Source of the DNA: Paraspadella gotoi
Lineage: Eukaryota > Animalia > Chaetognatha
Direction: 5' to 3'
DNA: 45,318 nucleotides
Assembly (NCBI GenBank): GCA_051294375.1
Contig: CM119266.1
Location: 2,611,954 to 2,657,271, forward strand
Part shown: piece by piece, positions 25,752 through 38,087 of the stretch
How the letters are laid out: each line of letters begins with the position of its first letter
Position numbering within the stretch: position 1 is the first letter of the stretch
Notes under the pieces: model-generated
What the model was told of the DNA's origin: nothing
Database searches by the model: none
The model's input: only the letters and a program-made list of their open reading frames with translations
Made by a program: the position numbers and the translations under genes

Positions 25752-28700
25752 TCTCTAAGTTCATTTCTATTTTTTCAGTAAAATTTTAAAAAAACTCGAT
25801 CCTGAAAAACCCAAAAACGGAGATCGATCGATCGCTCGATCGTCATGTCCTTTCGACGCGGAAAAGATCGATACGACGTGGACGCCATCGTCGAAGGCCT
25901 CGGCTACAGCGCCTTCAACGTCGTCCCATTCTTCGTGCTGCTGTTCAACTCGTCCGTCGCAGCGATGAACGTCGCCGTCACCACATTTAGCGTCTTCGTT
26001 CCCCCTGGTTACGAGGAGAAAGTCTGCCGCAATGGATCACCCGGTGGAGTGTGTTGAACAAATATTGTTGAAATTAGTTTAAAAATCAAATTATAAATCA
26101 AATCCAAAAGTATTAAACGGTTAAACCAGAGAGAGAGAGAGAGAGAGAGAGCAGAGAGAGAGAGAGAAGAGAGAGAGAGATGAATGCACTTGTAAATTCT
26201 CCTACGATTTGCTTAATACTAATTTATAATTTCCTGTGCATGTGACGTCTCTTCAACAACATGCATTAACTTGCATTGTTGAAGTCCCGCTCACAAACCT
26301 TGGATAAAAATGCGTATAACCAAAAAAAAATAGTTTATTAGTTCGATAAATATATATTCTCAACCAATAAGTTTGAATGAAAAATAAAACCGTAAACAGA
26401 AACCCACTCAACTTCAGCAAACTTGAGCTTTGACGGCTCCAAGTACCCAAACTCTACTTCCCTGATGCTGGAATTCAACTTGACCTGCACCAACCCTTTC
26501 GTGGCCAATCTGGCTTCCACGCTCTTCTTCTTAACCGGACTAACCTCCTTTGTCGTCCTTCCTTTGGCCGACAGATTTGGCCGAAAACCGATTCTCTTTG
26601 TCGCCATTTCTCTGCAAGGTGTCGGCTATGGTTCGGCTTATTTCGTCCAAAGCGCCGAGGGATATTTGGTCTTTCGGTCATTTTGCGGAGTTTTGCACGT
26701 TAGTTGCCAGTTGGGGCGATTATATATGTATGAAATATTATATTTAATTATATTAATTATCTCTGATTATAATTTATTAGGAATTGTTATATTCTAAATC
26801 TATTTTCAAACTAACAAAATGTCACGATTTGGCTAAACATAATGAATCAAGTCTTAGTATATAAAATAATATCTTAATTTTAATATTAGGTTAAATTCAG
26901 TGTCACCAACTCACAATCTCAGGTAGCGACCGCGCCCCTTTCCATCATCATACTCAACGAGTCTTTCGGCACGCTGCGTCGCCGCTACATGTACGTCCTG
27001 CTGACGCTCTTCATGCCCGTCGGCTTCTGCCTTTTGTCGGCCGGCGCCTACCTCCTCCCCAGTTGGCGGCATCTCCATTTGCTCTTGTCGGCTTCTTCGT
27101 TCTTTCTCCTCCTTCTTTGTCCCTTTGTCCCCGAATCCTTACGCTGGTTGTCGGCTCAAGAGGACGAGGGGCTTCAACGTCTCTTCGAGGAAGTCTGCAA
27201 GAATGCGTTGCAAGTGGATTCGCTGGAAGGATACGTCAACGAAGGGTAAACTTGAATGCGAATTAAATCTAAAATTTGAATTGCTTGGTTAATTAAAGAA
27301 CAACAACAACAAAAAAGTTACGTAGGTAGTTTTAAATAATTTCAGAATCGAACCGAAAACATAAAACTAGGAAGTTTCTCGTCCACCATCGTTCAGCCAA
27401 ATCCATTGGCTCAGAGGGGGAACACACCATCCCATCTCGTTAGGACTGTGGATGGAACACTATGCCTGGGATGGTGTGTTCCCCCTCTGAGCCAATGGAT
27501 TTGGCTGAAGGATTTGTCTATTTTTCTGTTCCCGACAGTTTGGATTGTAAAAGCGACATCTCTGTGGTCTCTGACAAAGTCTTCCTTCCTCCATCAATCT
27601 CCTCTTCCTCCTCTTCCTCCTTCCGCCCGCGAGCGCCCCCAACCACGACCTCCAAAAGTCCGTGGAGAAGTTTGGAGATCGTCAAGCGGGTCGCGGCCGT
27701 CGGTTTCCTCCTGGCCATCGTGGAGTCGAGCTTCTGGAGCGTGGTGATCAGCTCGGCCGACTTGTTGCCCGGGAATCGATTCTTAAACTTTGGCGCTTTG
27801 GGTCTCATGCAGATCCCTTCCATCGTCTTGGCGTCGCTCTGCACCCGATTCCTCTCCAATAGACGAACGATGATTTTCTACGCGACGGGGATGGCCGCCT
27901 GCTTCAGCGTCGCCTGCGGACTCTTGATGCACGGGTGGAAGTTGGAGAGTTCGCCCGTCTTTTATTTGATGATCGCGAGTGAGTCAATATATATCACAAT
28001 CAACCAATCGTGGAGTAAATCGATCAAATATTAACCAATCAGGTCGAGTCTTCGTCGGCGCCGCCTGGATCCACATCGACGTCACTTCGGTCGAGTTCTT
28101 TCCTACCAATCAGCGATCAAGCTGCTTGGGCGTCTGCTACGTCTGCGCTCGCGCGGCGCTCTGTCTCGCCTCGTTCTCTTCCCTAGTCGTCCGGGCGTCG
28201 CCGGCGTGGTTTTGCGGCGTCGTCGGCGTCGCCAACGCCATTCGCCGTGGGCGTGGTCGCGGCGTTGGAGAGACGAAGGGAAGAGGATTCCGCAATCGGT
28301 GGAGGAGATGGAGAGGAGGAGGAAGAGGGGGAGGAGGGAGGATAGAAAATAAGGAGAGGGAGGAGGCGAGGAGAGGCAGGAGGATCGGGAGGGAGGAGAG
28401 GAGGAGAGCGGAGAGGAGGAGGAGAAGAGCGGAGGAGGAGGGAGAAGAGCGAGAGGGAGGAGGAGAAGAGCGGGAGGGAGGAGGGAGAAGAGCGGGAGAA
28501 GAGCGGGAGGGAGGAGGGAGGAGAGCGAGAGGGAAGAGAGAGAAGAGCGGGAGGGAGGAGAGAGAAGAGAGTGGAGAAAATGAATAGAGACAGAGAAGAA
28601 GATTTAAAACGATATATTTAAATCTTTTTACTTTATTTTCTAATTAGTTATTTCGCGATTTGATCTCTCAAAATGCTTTGAGTTTTAAATTAAAATTTTC

Positions 28701-29817
28701 TAAAATTAATTTTGAAACTTATGCGCCCTTAATTTAGCCATTCAGCCATTTCGGGAGAGAGAGAGAGAGAGAGGGAGAGGGAGACCGAACGACCTCCAGA
28801 TCTCGAAGAAATTCGTTGATGGCGAACATTAAAGGAGATTAGCTTGTGACGACGCCCAAGGTTGGGGGAGGTTACGTCGATGGGAGAGAGAGAGAGAGAG
28901 AGAGAGAGTTAAAAGATACTCAAAACTCGAAGGTTATTCTCTGAGTCTCACCGTCTTAGGGGCATTCGACAAAGGGCATTCGAAAAGGGGCATAGAATCA
29001 CCAATCGCATCGCATGGCACGCCGGAATGGAACCAGAAAATGGGCGTGGCCCAAAACTTGTCTCTCGATCCGGTTTCCATCTCCGTCGAATCTTAATCAC
29101 CATTAAACAAGTTTCTCGCTCGAGATTAAGGTGAGGAAGATCGAGGGTGAGTGCGTAAAGAGGGTAAGGGTTGGGGAGAGATCGAGGGGTGGAGGGTGAG
29201 GGCACTCTTTTCCAAAAGTGCCCCATTTCTGTTCCATATTCTTTGAACTTGATTATTTAAACCCAAACTGCTATCAAACTTATAATCTAATTCTTAACCA
29301 TAAACCTTAACAATAAAATTTAAGTTAATTCCTAATTTAAAATGAAATTGGGCGTTTTGGGAAAATAAGGCCAAAGGGAAACATAGAGTCGGATTCGGAA
29401 TGGAACAGGAAAAATAGAAAAAAGGAGAGAAATAGGGAGAGATGGTCGTTGCGCCGGGGAAAGTAGAGTGAGTAAACAGGAAAAAGGTAAGTACGGGAGC
29501 TGGATTATGGATCCTCGATGGAAAGATGGATATGAGACAAACAAACAAAAATAAATGATCAACAAACAAACTGAATCCGTTGGAGAAAAAAAAGTTTTAA
29601 GGTCATCCACCGGAATGGTAATTTTTAAATTTGACTCAACTTTATCTCACGAACCGAATTGTGGCGAGAGAATCTGTCAAAATAAATCAAAATAAGTCAA
29701 AATAAATCACAATAAATCAAAATAAATTTCCAAGAATCAATTGTGATTAAAAAAATCTCAAAAGCAAAAACGTCAAGAAAACTGAAAACAGTTTTAAAAA
29801 GTCGTCATTGAAAAGAA

Positions 29818-29853
<36 letters not shown>

Positions 29854-29967
29854 CAAAATTCAAATTTTTTTAGTTTTGTCAGAGAAAAAACACCGAAGTT
29901 CGCAACTGGAGGCTTTGAAAAAAACGGGGTATTGAAAAAATGAAAGAGATATGTGGAAAAGAATGTT

Positions 29968-30008
<41 letters not shown>

Positions 30009-30161
30009 GTGAGCTTTATCTCAAATTACAAGGCGCAGGCAAAGAACCGAAAAGAGAACAAATCATCGACAAAAAGAAAAGAACTTGAGTTGACTTATGG
30101 TGTTGGAGATCGGATTATGGTGAGAGAAAGAAGGAGATAAAAAATTGAGGAAGAGAGAGAG

Positions 30162-30192
<31 letters not shown>

Positions 30193-31987
30193 CAGATAGA
30201 AAGAAAGAAAGACAGAAAGAAACAAAGAAACAAAGAAAAAAAGAAAGACAGATAGAAAGAAAGAAAGAACCTAACAAAAAGAAAAAAGATTACCAGATAT
30301 CCAGCAGATATAGTACATTACCAAAATAAAAATAAATACGGGAAAACAATTAATTCAAGAAGCGGGGATTTCAACCAATAAAGCAGAAAATATTTGGTGG
30401 TTTTGTTGCGGCGGAAAACTTCTCTCTTTTGATGGATGGAAATTCTGAGTTAGTGAAGGTGGAACAAAAAATAGTACTTGACGAGAAAAGTCTAGTCAAG
30501 ACGAAATTGATCTTCCGGTTTTTTCTTGCGGAAAGATAAGGAAAGGTGAAAGGAAAAGAATAAAAAGAAGATTTGATGGGAAAAAAGAAAGAAAAATGGG
30601 AGAAAATATAAAAATAAGAACGAAAAAAAAGGGCGGGTTTTATAGTCGAAAGAGGCGAGGCTTTTAATCTGACGAGGTGAGAGGGAAAGTTGGGATTTTT
30701 TAGAGGGAAATCCAAAAAGGTTAAGGGGCCAAGCTTACTTTGCGATTTCGTGTGATCGCCATTGTGTTTGTGCGTGTGTGAAATTTTGTGATGTTTTGTG
30801 ATGTTTTTCGGGCGGATTCTGACAATCTCGCTCAGGTTTATTTTTCGCTTTTGTCCGGGAGAAGAAGAACCGGAGGAAGAGGATGGAAAGGAGGAAAGAA
30901 GAAGAAGACGAGGAAAATGGAATAAAAATTATTTTGAGGGAGAAGGAACGAGGAAAATGAGGAAGACGAGAAGTGAGGGGAGAAAGAAGAAGAGAAAGAG
31001 AGAGAAAAGGAGGAGGAAGAAGGAAAGAAGGGAGAGGAAAGACAAGGAGAAGGAAAAGGAGAAAGAAGAAAAGAGGAGGAAGAAGAAAAGGTAGAGGAAG
31101 AGGAAAGACAAGGAGAAGGAAAAGGAGTAAAGAAGAAAAGAGGAGAAAGAAGGAAAGGTAGAGGAAGAGGAAATACGAGGAGGAGGAAATGGACTAAAGA
31201 AGAAAAGAGGAGGAAGAGGAAGAGGAAGAAGTCAAATTTCATCTTCGAATGTTTCGACGAAAACTGAGTTCGTGATTTCACGTGATTCCGTTACTTTTGT
31301 GAGTCACGAGGTTTCGATTCTTTGCTCGTGAATTCGACGGTGAGAATTCGGGTCAGGGTGATCTTTTTGTGAAGGTTTGGGAGAATCTCAGTGACCTTTG
31401 GAAAGTTTGACAAAACCTGGGCCATTGAGAGGAATCGTGGGATTAGTTTGGTGGCAAACAATTTGACTCTGCCATTATTCTTAGAAAAAGGTCATTCTGT
31501 CATTCAATCTCGCGATTAAATTTGCGATTAAATTTGCGATTAAATTCGCGATTTTTTTAACCTAAGATTTAAACTTAATCTTTTAACAAAAGTTTTAATC
31601 AATCCCTAACTTTAATCCTTAACCTTAACCTATTTTCTGCCCTGAATCCCACATTCTAATTTGATTACGAATTTAAGCTGAAACGGGGCCCTTTTGGAAA
31701 ACAAAGCCGAAGACTTCCTCCTCCGCCACAAAAAATAAAAAAGTGGAAAATTGGTTTGGGTTTTTGACTCGACGTGGAAATCGCAAGGAAGACAAAGGTT
31801 TGACCTTTGACCTCCTCTGTCATTTGACGTGGAAATCGCAAGGAAGACAAAGGTTTGACATTTGACCTCCTCTGTCATTTTCGTCCCGCGAACTCGTCAT
31901 TTCGCGTTTCCCGGTTTTTGGGAGAGAAAACGAGAAATGGAGACAGACAGAAAAATTCGACGTTTGATTTTTTTTATGAGGGGTGTC

Positions 31988-32026
<39 letters not shown>

Positions 32027-32242
32027 GTCTTGTTCTCTCTCTCTTCTCTATCTCTCTTTTTCTGTCTCTCTGTGAGGTTGTCTTTTGGCAAGATGTACTT
32101 TTTCGGGTGTTGTTCTTACTCGGGTTTGCTTGGTGACTTGTCAGCTTTTTTCTGTGATTGTGCTTTTGTGGAGGTGTGTGCTGAGTCTGCTGACTCACTC
32201 TCTCTTCTCTCTCTCTCTTCTCTCTCTCTCATCTCTCTCTCT

Positions 32243-32281
<39 letters not shown>

Positions 32282-32595
32282 TCTCTCTCTCTCTCTCTCT
32301 CTCTCCTTCATTCTCATATTCCATCCGGTCCCTAGATTTGCCAAACAAAATGGAATGCTGCGTATTAAGTTCGATTGAAACTGGATCGAATATCGAAAGA
32401 AAAAAAATGTGGAATTAATTCCTTCGGCTTTTGTTAATATTTATTTAACTAATGGTTGATTTTTCAGGAGAAAGAGACGCCCGACAATTCGGAAAGAAAT
32501 GGAAAAGATTGTGCAAGAGAAGAAGATGGAGATGGAGGAAGCAATCAAGAAGGAACTATGAGGAAATGCAGAAGGTGGAGAGTGAGAGAGAGAGT

Positions 32596-32629
<34 letters not shown>

Positions 32630-32860
32630 GAGAGAGAGAGAGAGAGGAGAGAGAGGGAGAGAGAGAGAGATAGAGAAGAAAGAGAGACGAGAGAAAAGAA
32701 GAGAGCGATTAATGATTGTTAATAGTTGATTGTTAAGACGTCCCATTAAAAGAAGATTAGAAAACAAAACAAAAGTAGCCAAAACGAATCGTCGCAAAAA
32801 TTCAATTCAAGAGAAAAAAAATGATTAGAACTGTCTTTCTCTCTTCTCTCTAATCTTCTT

Positions 32861-32891
<31 letters not shown>

Positions 32892-33022
32892 AACTCTCTA
32901 TCTCTCTCTCCTCTCTCTTTCTCTCTCTTTGCTTTCTCTTCGGACTTTCTCCCTTGGACAACATTTCTATGCGGATAAGAGTGTTCAGCGAAAATTGAGG
33001 CTGAGTGAATTAAAAAGATGGG

Positions 33023-33086
<64 letters not shown>

Positions 33087-33539
33087 GTGTTGTGAGTGCA
33101 AAGGGATTGAGATGAGGGGAGAGAGAGGGAAAGACAGACGACGCAGACAGAGACGGAGACGATTTTTACCTTTTTTCCCTCCCCACCCCCGTTCTAGATA
33201 CACAAAAATTGGGAAGGAGCGACTTAAGCAGGAGCAAGAGAAAACGGCGGCCCTCGTTGCGGAGAGAGAAGAAGTTGAGAAGAGGAAAAAAGTTGGATCC
33301 TTACATGTGGGAATCTGGCGGAAGACGCCGCGAATGAACGGGTGAGGGGAGGGCGTCGGGGTGGTGTGGGGGGTAAGGGGGCAGAAAGGACAAAAGAGCA
33401 TCCCTCCAAGACCAAGAGGTGAGTTGGAAAGAAGATCCTGCAAATGACAGGGAATGAAAGAGGAAGGAGAAAGGAAAATGAAAAAATATGAATCTTTGCT
33501 CAGTGAGAGAAGGAGGATGCGAGATGATATTGAGAGAGA

Positions 33540-33608
<69 letters not shown>

Positions 33609-36600
33609 GAGAGAGAGAGAGAATTCGGCAAAAATCTCGGCATTGACATTTGACAGGTAAGAGCCTAAGGGGATTTCCGTCAAAACTGAGCCAGTCGTAA
33701 CTCTCTGAATGTACTCGTAGTGCAATGTGCAATATATTAAGCAATTTTAACATCTCTTTTCAAATCATTCGAAGAATCTCGAGATATATTGACGTTATAA
33801 GCGACTTAAAAATTTATGAATTCCGCCATTTGTAATATGTGAGATATTGATTCAATATTATTGAAGAATGTCCCCAAAGGGAAAAACAAAAGAGCAATCG
33901 TTGAAAAGAAAAGAAAATAACATAAACTAAGTCTTAGACTAAGAGAAAGAAAAGAGAAAAGAAGAGAGAAAGGAGAAATAAAATGACATCAAATGTCCAA
34001 ATTCGTCAAAAGGAACAAAATCGATTTACACCCAATTTTTCTTTTTGCGAATCTAATCGAACATAAAATTATTTTCATTCCTTTTTTTCCCTCAATCTCA
34101 TATTTTACGTTTGTTCCTTGATTTTATTCTATTTACTTTTTTCATTCCAACTTTGTCGTTTTCTTTGTATTTTTGTATTTTTATTTCTTTCCATTTTTTC
34201 CCCCATGTTTTCCTCCCATTTCCTTCTTTCTTGGGGGGGGGGCTTTATCTGTTATTTTCTTTCATTAAATTATTTTCTTCTTTTTTTTCTTATTTAATTT
34301 ACCTTCACTTGTGTCTTGACTCAATTTTTTTCTTTATCTTCGAAACATTTTTTTTCCTTATTTCCCTCTTTTTCATTTTATTCCCATGACCCCCCCCCCG
34401 GTTTTTCCTAATTTATTCGCCCTAATTTTCTATATTTTCCTCTCGAAAATTCTAATTTTCTCGCGTCCCTCATTTCTCAGAAATGATTTGATATCAATTT
34501 CGCCAAATCTTTCGTCTCAGGGAAAACATGAAAAAAAAACTTTGGCTTCAATTATATCGCAATAAACTCGATCATTTTCTTTGCTTCTCTCGTTCGCTGG
34601 TATGCGAGGCTTCTCTCGCTATCTCAGTCTCTTTTTCTACCCCTCAGTCTTGCTCTCTCTATCTCTCACTGTCTTATTTTCTATCCTAAAATCTCTCTCT
34701 CTCTGATTCATCATCCTTCCATTTTTGCCCTGATTTGACCAATTCAAACACACTGTCTCGCTCTCTGTTGCGCAGTCCGGTCCATGTCAATTTCTATCTC
34801 TGTATCGTTTTCTAACTGTCGTCCGCACTCATTCTAACCGTCTCTCTCTCTCCATCTTACCGTCTCTCCCTCTCTATCTCGCAGTCTGGGTCTCCCTTCG
34901 TCTTAATTATTCAGTTTCCCCACCACCTGATCCTTTCTGATCCTTTTTGGTTTCTCATCTTATTTTCTCGGGAGGAAGAGTCGAACCATTAAATCAATTT
35001 AACCACCGCGTCTAACATTAATTTAATGATGATTTAAATTTAAAATTATGGTTTAATGTTGTGGTGCCTTTACGTAATGAAATAGACACGAACTTGACAC
35101 CTAACATTATGATAAAATTATGACAATTTAATGTTCCCCGCAATAAGTAATTTCTCTCCACTAAAACTATCGCTAACAAACATGATTTCTTTGTTATATT
35201 TTCAAAGATAATTTAAGATAATTTAATTATGATACTGAGCAAGCGTGATAAAAAATGAAACATGAAAAGTAAAAGCCAAAGTAAAGATGTAGAAAATGAA
35301 TATGGAATAGGTTATTAGCGGTAAAGTAGAGCTCGCTAGCGATATATTAAGTATATCTCTTAGAGCTGCTAAAAAAGGCCCGAAAAACTATATTTTTAAA
35401 TTTTCGAGTACCAGACGAAAAATTCCAAAGCAGACGCTCCCACTGGCGCCAAAACCAGCGCTGCCTCTCTCGTTAATAGAAAAAAATTTTTTTTGCTTAT
35501 GTTTGTGGCCTTTGAGCTTAATGGATTAAAACGAAGCTTGTTTAAAGAATATTAATAGTAGCGACCCTAAAAACTTTTAAAAAGTTCGAAGATTGATTAA
35601 TTTTCGTCGTACGTGTTTTCCTAAATTGTGTGTACGTACGCTCGCTTCTGTTTGTGCTCGTTTCAGTGTGTTTGCCTCTTTCCCTTTTCTCTTATCAAAA
35701 CCCAAAAAATTACGAAGTGACAGTTAGAAACCGTTTTTTACGCTATTTAATTTGTAATCAATCTTTAAAAAAAGAAGTAATTTGTTCACGTGTTAAAGAA
35801 GGTATTGGTCAATGGTCATGGATTATTATGGAACATCAAAATAGAAGAAGCAATAAGTTGTACATTTGTAAAAATGATCAGTTTTATTGTATATGTAGTT
35901 TACAACGTTTATAATGAGTACAAACGATGCTTTGACTTCAAGCGACGTGTCAAAAAAAAAAACTTTAAAAATTAAAAAAACAGCGAATTCTGCTTTGCGT
36001 AAAAAAAAATCCGCTGACGTCGTCATTTTTCGGGCCATTTTTATGTAGAAAAATCACCAACGCCATCTGTTTTAATAAAGTTGAAAAAAATAAACAAAAG
36101 GGATGCCGGCCGAGAGGCGCCATCTTGAGCGACGGATCTGAAGAGATCTTTTAATTCGTCGTCGTTGAATTAATTTTTTCATGATCTTCTTCTTCTCCTT
36201 CTCTTCTTCTTCTTCTTCTTCTTCTTCTTAATTGAAATCTCTCTTATCTCTCTTTCTTTTACTTTCTTTTTGTTTAACTATCTGCTTCACCCTCTTTAGT
36301 CGTTACTCTCACTGTGACTGTCGCTCTTCTCTCTATCTTTTTCTCTCTCGTTCTGTCTCTTTTCCTTTTTCTCTCTATCTTTTTCTGTCTCATTCTGTCT
36401 CTTTTCCTTTTTCTCTCTATCTTTTTCCGTCTCGTTCTGTCTGTTTTCCTTTTTCTCTCTGTCTTTTTTTTTCGGTCTTTCTCCCTGACTCTGTCTTAAC
36501 TTACCCCACTCTTTTTCTTTCCCTCTCTCGTTCTCCTTTTATCTCCATCTCTCCCTTTGTCTCACCCCATCCCCTTTCCAAGCCCGTTCCCCTTCCCCAC

Positions 36601-38044
36601 ACTTTTTTAAGACGAAACTTTTTCCAACTTAAACAAACAAAAAAAATATTTGTTTATGAGAAGATGTATTTGTTTATCTGCGATGAGCAGACGTCAGACG
36701 TTTTCAATCCACTCCACTTTTCTTCCATCTCAATTTTTTATTGGCGAGATTTAAAATCAAATCCTAGTCAGCATAAATATTAGTTTTATCTTCGAGTTGC
36801 GTCGCTCAGATATCCGAGCCCTTCCTACCGCCGCAAAACTATTTAATTAAACTAAAAAAAAGTAATAATAATTAATATAATACATAATAATAATAATAAT
36901 AATAGATGTAATACGTCACCAGTGGGACTTTTAATAAAACACGACATGGTATAAAACTAATTGTGACATCATCCTATTCAATCACTTTTGGATGCTGGCA
37001 AATCTGTTTATGACCTGACCATCACCAAGACCCCCCCCACATTCCCACCCCTCACCCTCTCTCATTCCCCTTCTCGCTCCCCCCCTTCCTCGCCCGCCTC
37101 CTTCGAGGCGAATGGTATATCCACTTCTCTCGAACCGGGCAAAGAAACGCGTCGGCAACTGCCAAAGCTGAACCCTCAGCCCGAACATCGTCCTCAACGG
37201 GCTGCAGCGTCGGCAGCCCGACCATCTCAGCTTGTCGATTGCGACGCCGCCCGGGAACACGTGAGGTTGACGCCGAAACCCGGCGCCGCCGTTAAAGTCA
37301 ACGGCGCCGACGTCAAGGTGGAGACGGAGTTGAGGCACAACGACAGGTTGGGCACACTTGGTTTTTTTTATTTCCGTTCTGCACAGTTGTTTTTTTTTCC
37401 ATCCGCACGGTTGTTTTTTAACGGTTGTTTCGTGCGGACTGTTGTTTTAATACCGTTGGGTTCGTTTGCACAGTATTTTAAGTCGTTTAAATTATTTTAT
37501 TTTTATTCGTTAAAACTTAGACAAATAGTTTCTTGTTACCAAAATTAAGCAGATGTGATTGGAAAACGTAAACATAAAAATTTATAAGCAATGTTGTTTT
37601 TTGACAGGGAAAGATTTGCTAAAATATTTGTTACCAGGGTGAGAAGTTTAGTCTGTTTTTTTTTTAGTTTGTATGTTTGTCAAAAATAAACTGGAATAAG
37701 GTTAAAGTGCGAAGGTAAAAAAATGCCGCGCGCCGCTGAATTAAATGGGGCGAAGTTTATGAGTCGAATTTCGAAGTTTTTATGGGAAAAGAGAAACTGA
37801 GACGAATTTCAAAGAAAGTTTGGGTTTCGATGGAAAATTCGATTTAAAAGTTTTAAAACTCAATTTTNNNNNNNNNNNNNNNNNNNNNNNNNNNNNNNNN
37901 NNNNNNNNNNNNNNNNNNNNNNNNNNNNNNNNNNNNNNNNNNNNNNNNNNNNNNNNNNNNNNNNNNNNNNNNNNNNNNNNNNNNNNNNNNNNNNNNNNNN
38001 NNNTTTAAAGGATATTTCTTGAAGAAGTTTTTTCTTCTTTTTAT

Positions 38045-38087
<43 letters not shown>

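Larger units (their letters stand above)
11195..26722. other. ~7.3-8.2 kb tandem duplication across the gap at 19362-19386 (copy A ~11195-19361, copy B ~19430-26722)
   Basis: Collinear near-identical sequence, including the kinesin neck exon and transporter exons 1-2. Differences are mostly 1-bp indels plus one 712-bp insertion. Confidence 0.92.

Noticed and set aside
27346-27538. ORFs 27406-27747 and 27460-27642 with mirrored peptides, and a possible exon at 27346
   Set aside because: Artefacts of the inverted repeat; splicing at 27346 in the required phase hits a stop within six codons.
28800-29130. Two AG...GT-bounded GC-richer blocks (28800-28860 and 28960-29129) that might be extra exons
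   Set aside because: The first has stops in all three frames. The second is open but has no recognisable homology and does not fit the kinesin phases. Both need RNA-seq.
33620-33725. Protein-like minus-strand stretch [34 protein letters not shown]
   Set aside because: It runs into (CT)n without a donor, and has no recognisable motif or partner exons.
36000-36135. Cluster of GCCAT(C/T)T YY1-like motifs suggesting an internal promoter
   Set aside because: Short motifs with no linked exon or transcript evidence.
13081-37346. Frameshifts suggesting the kinesin or transporter are pseudogenes, or use programmed frameshifting
   Set aside because: Indels differ between duplicate copies, are often in homopolymers and stop after the gap at ~38 kb, where all exons are intact. 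This fits sequencing error.
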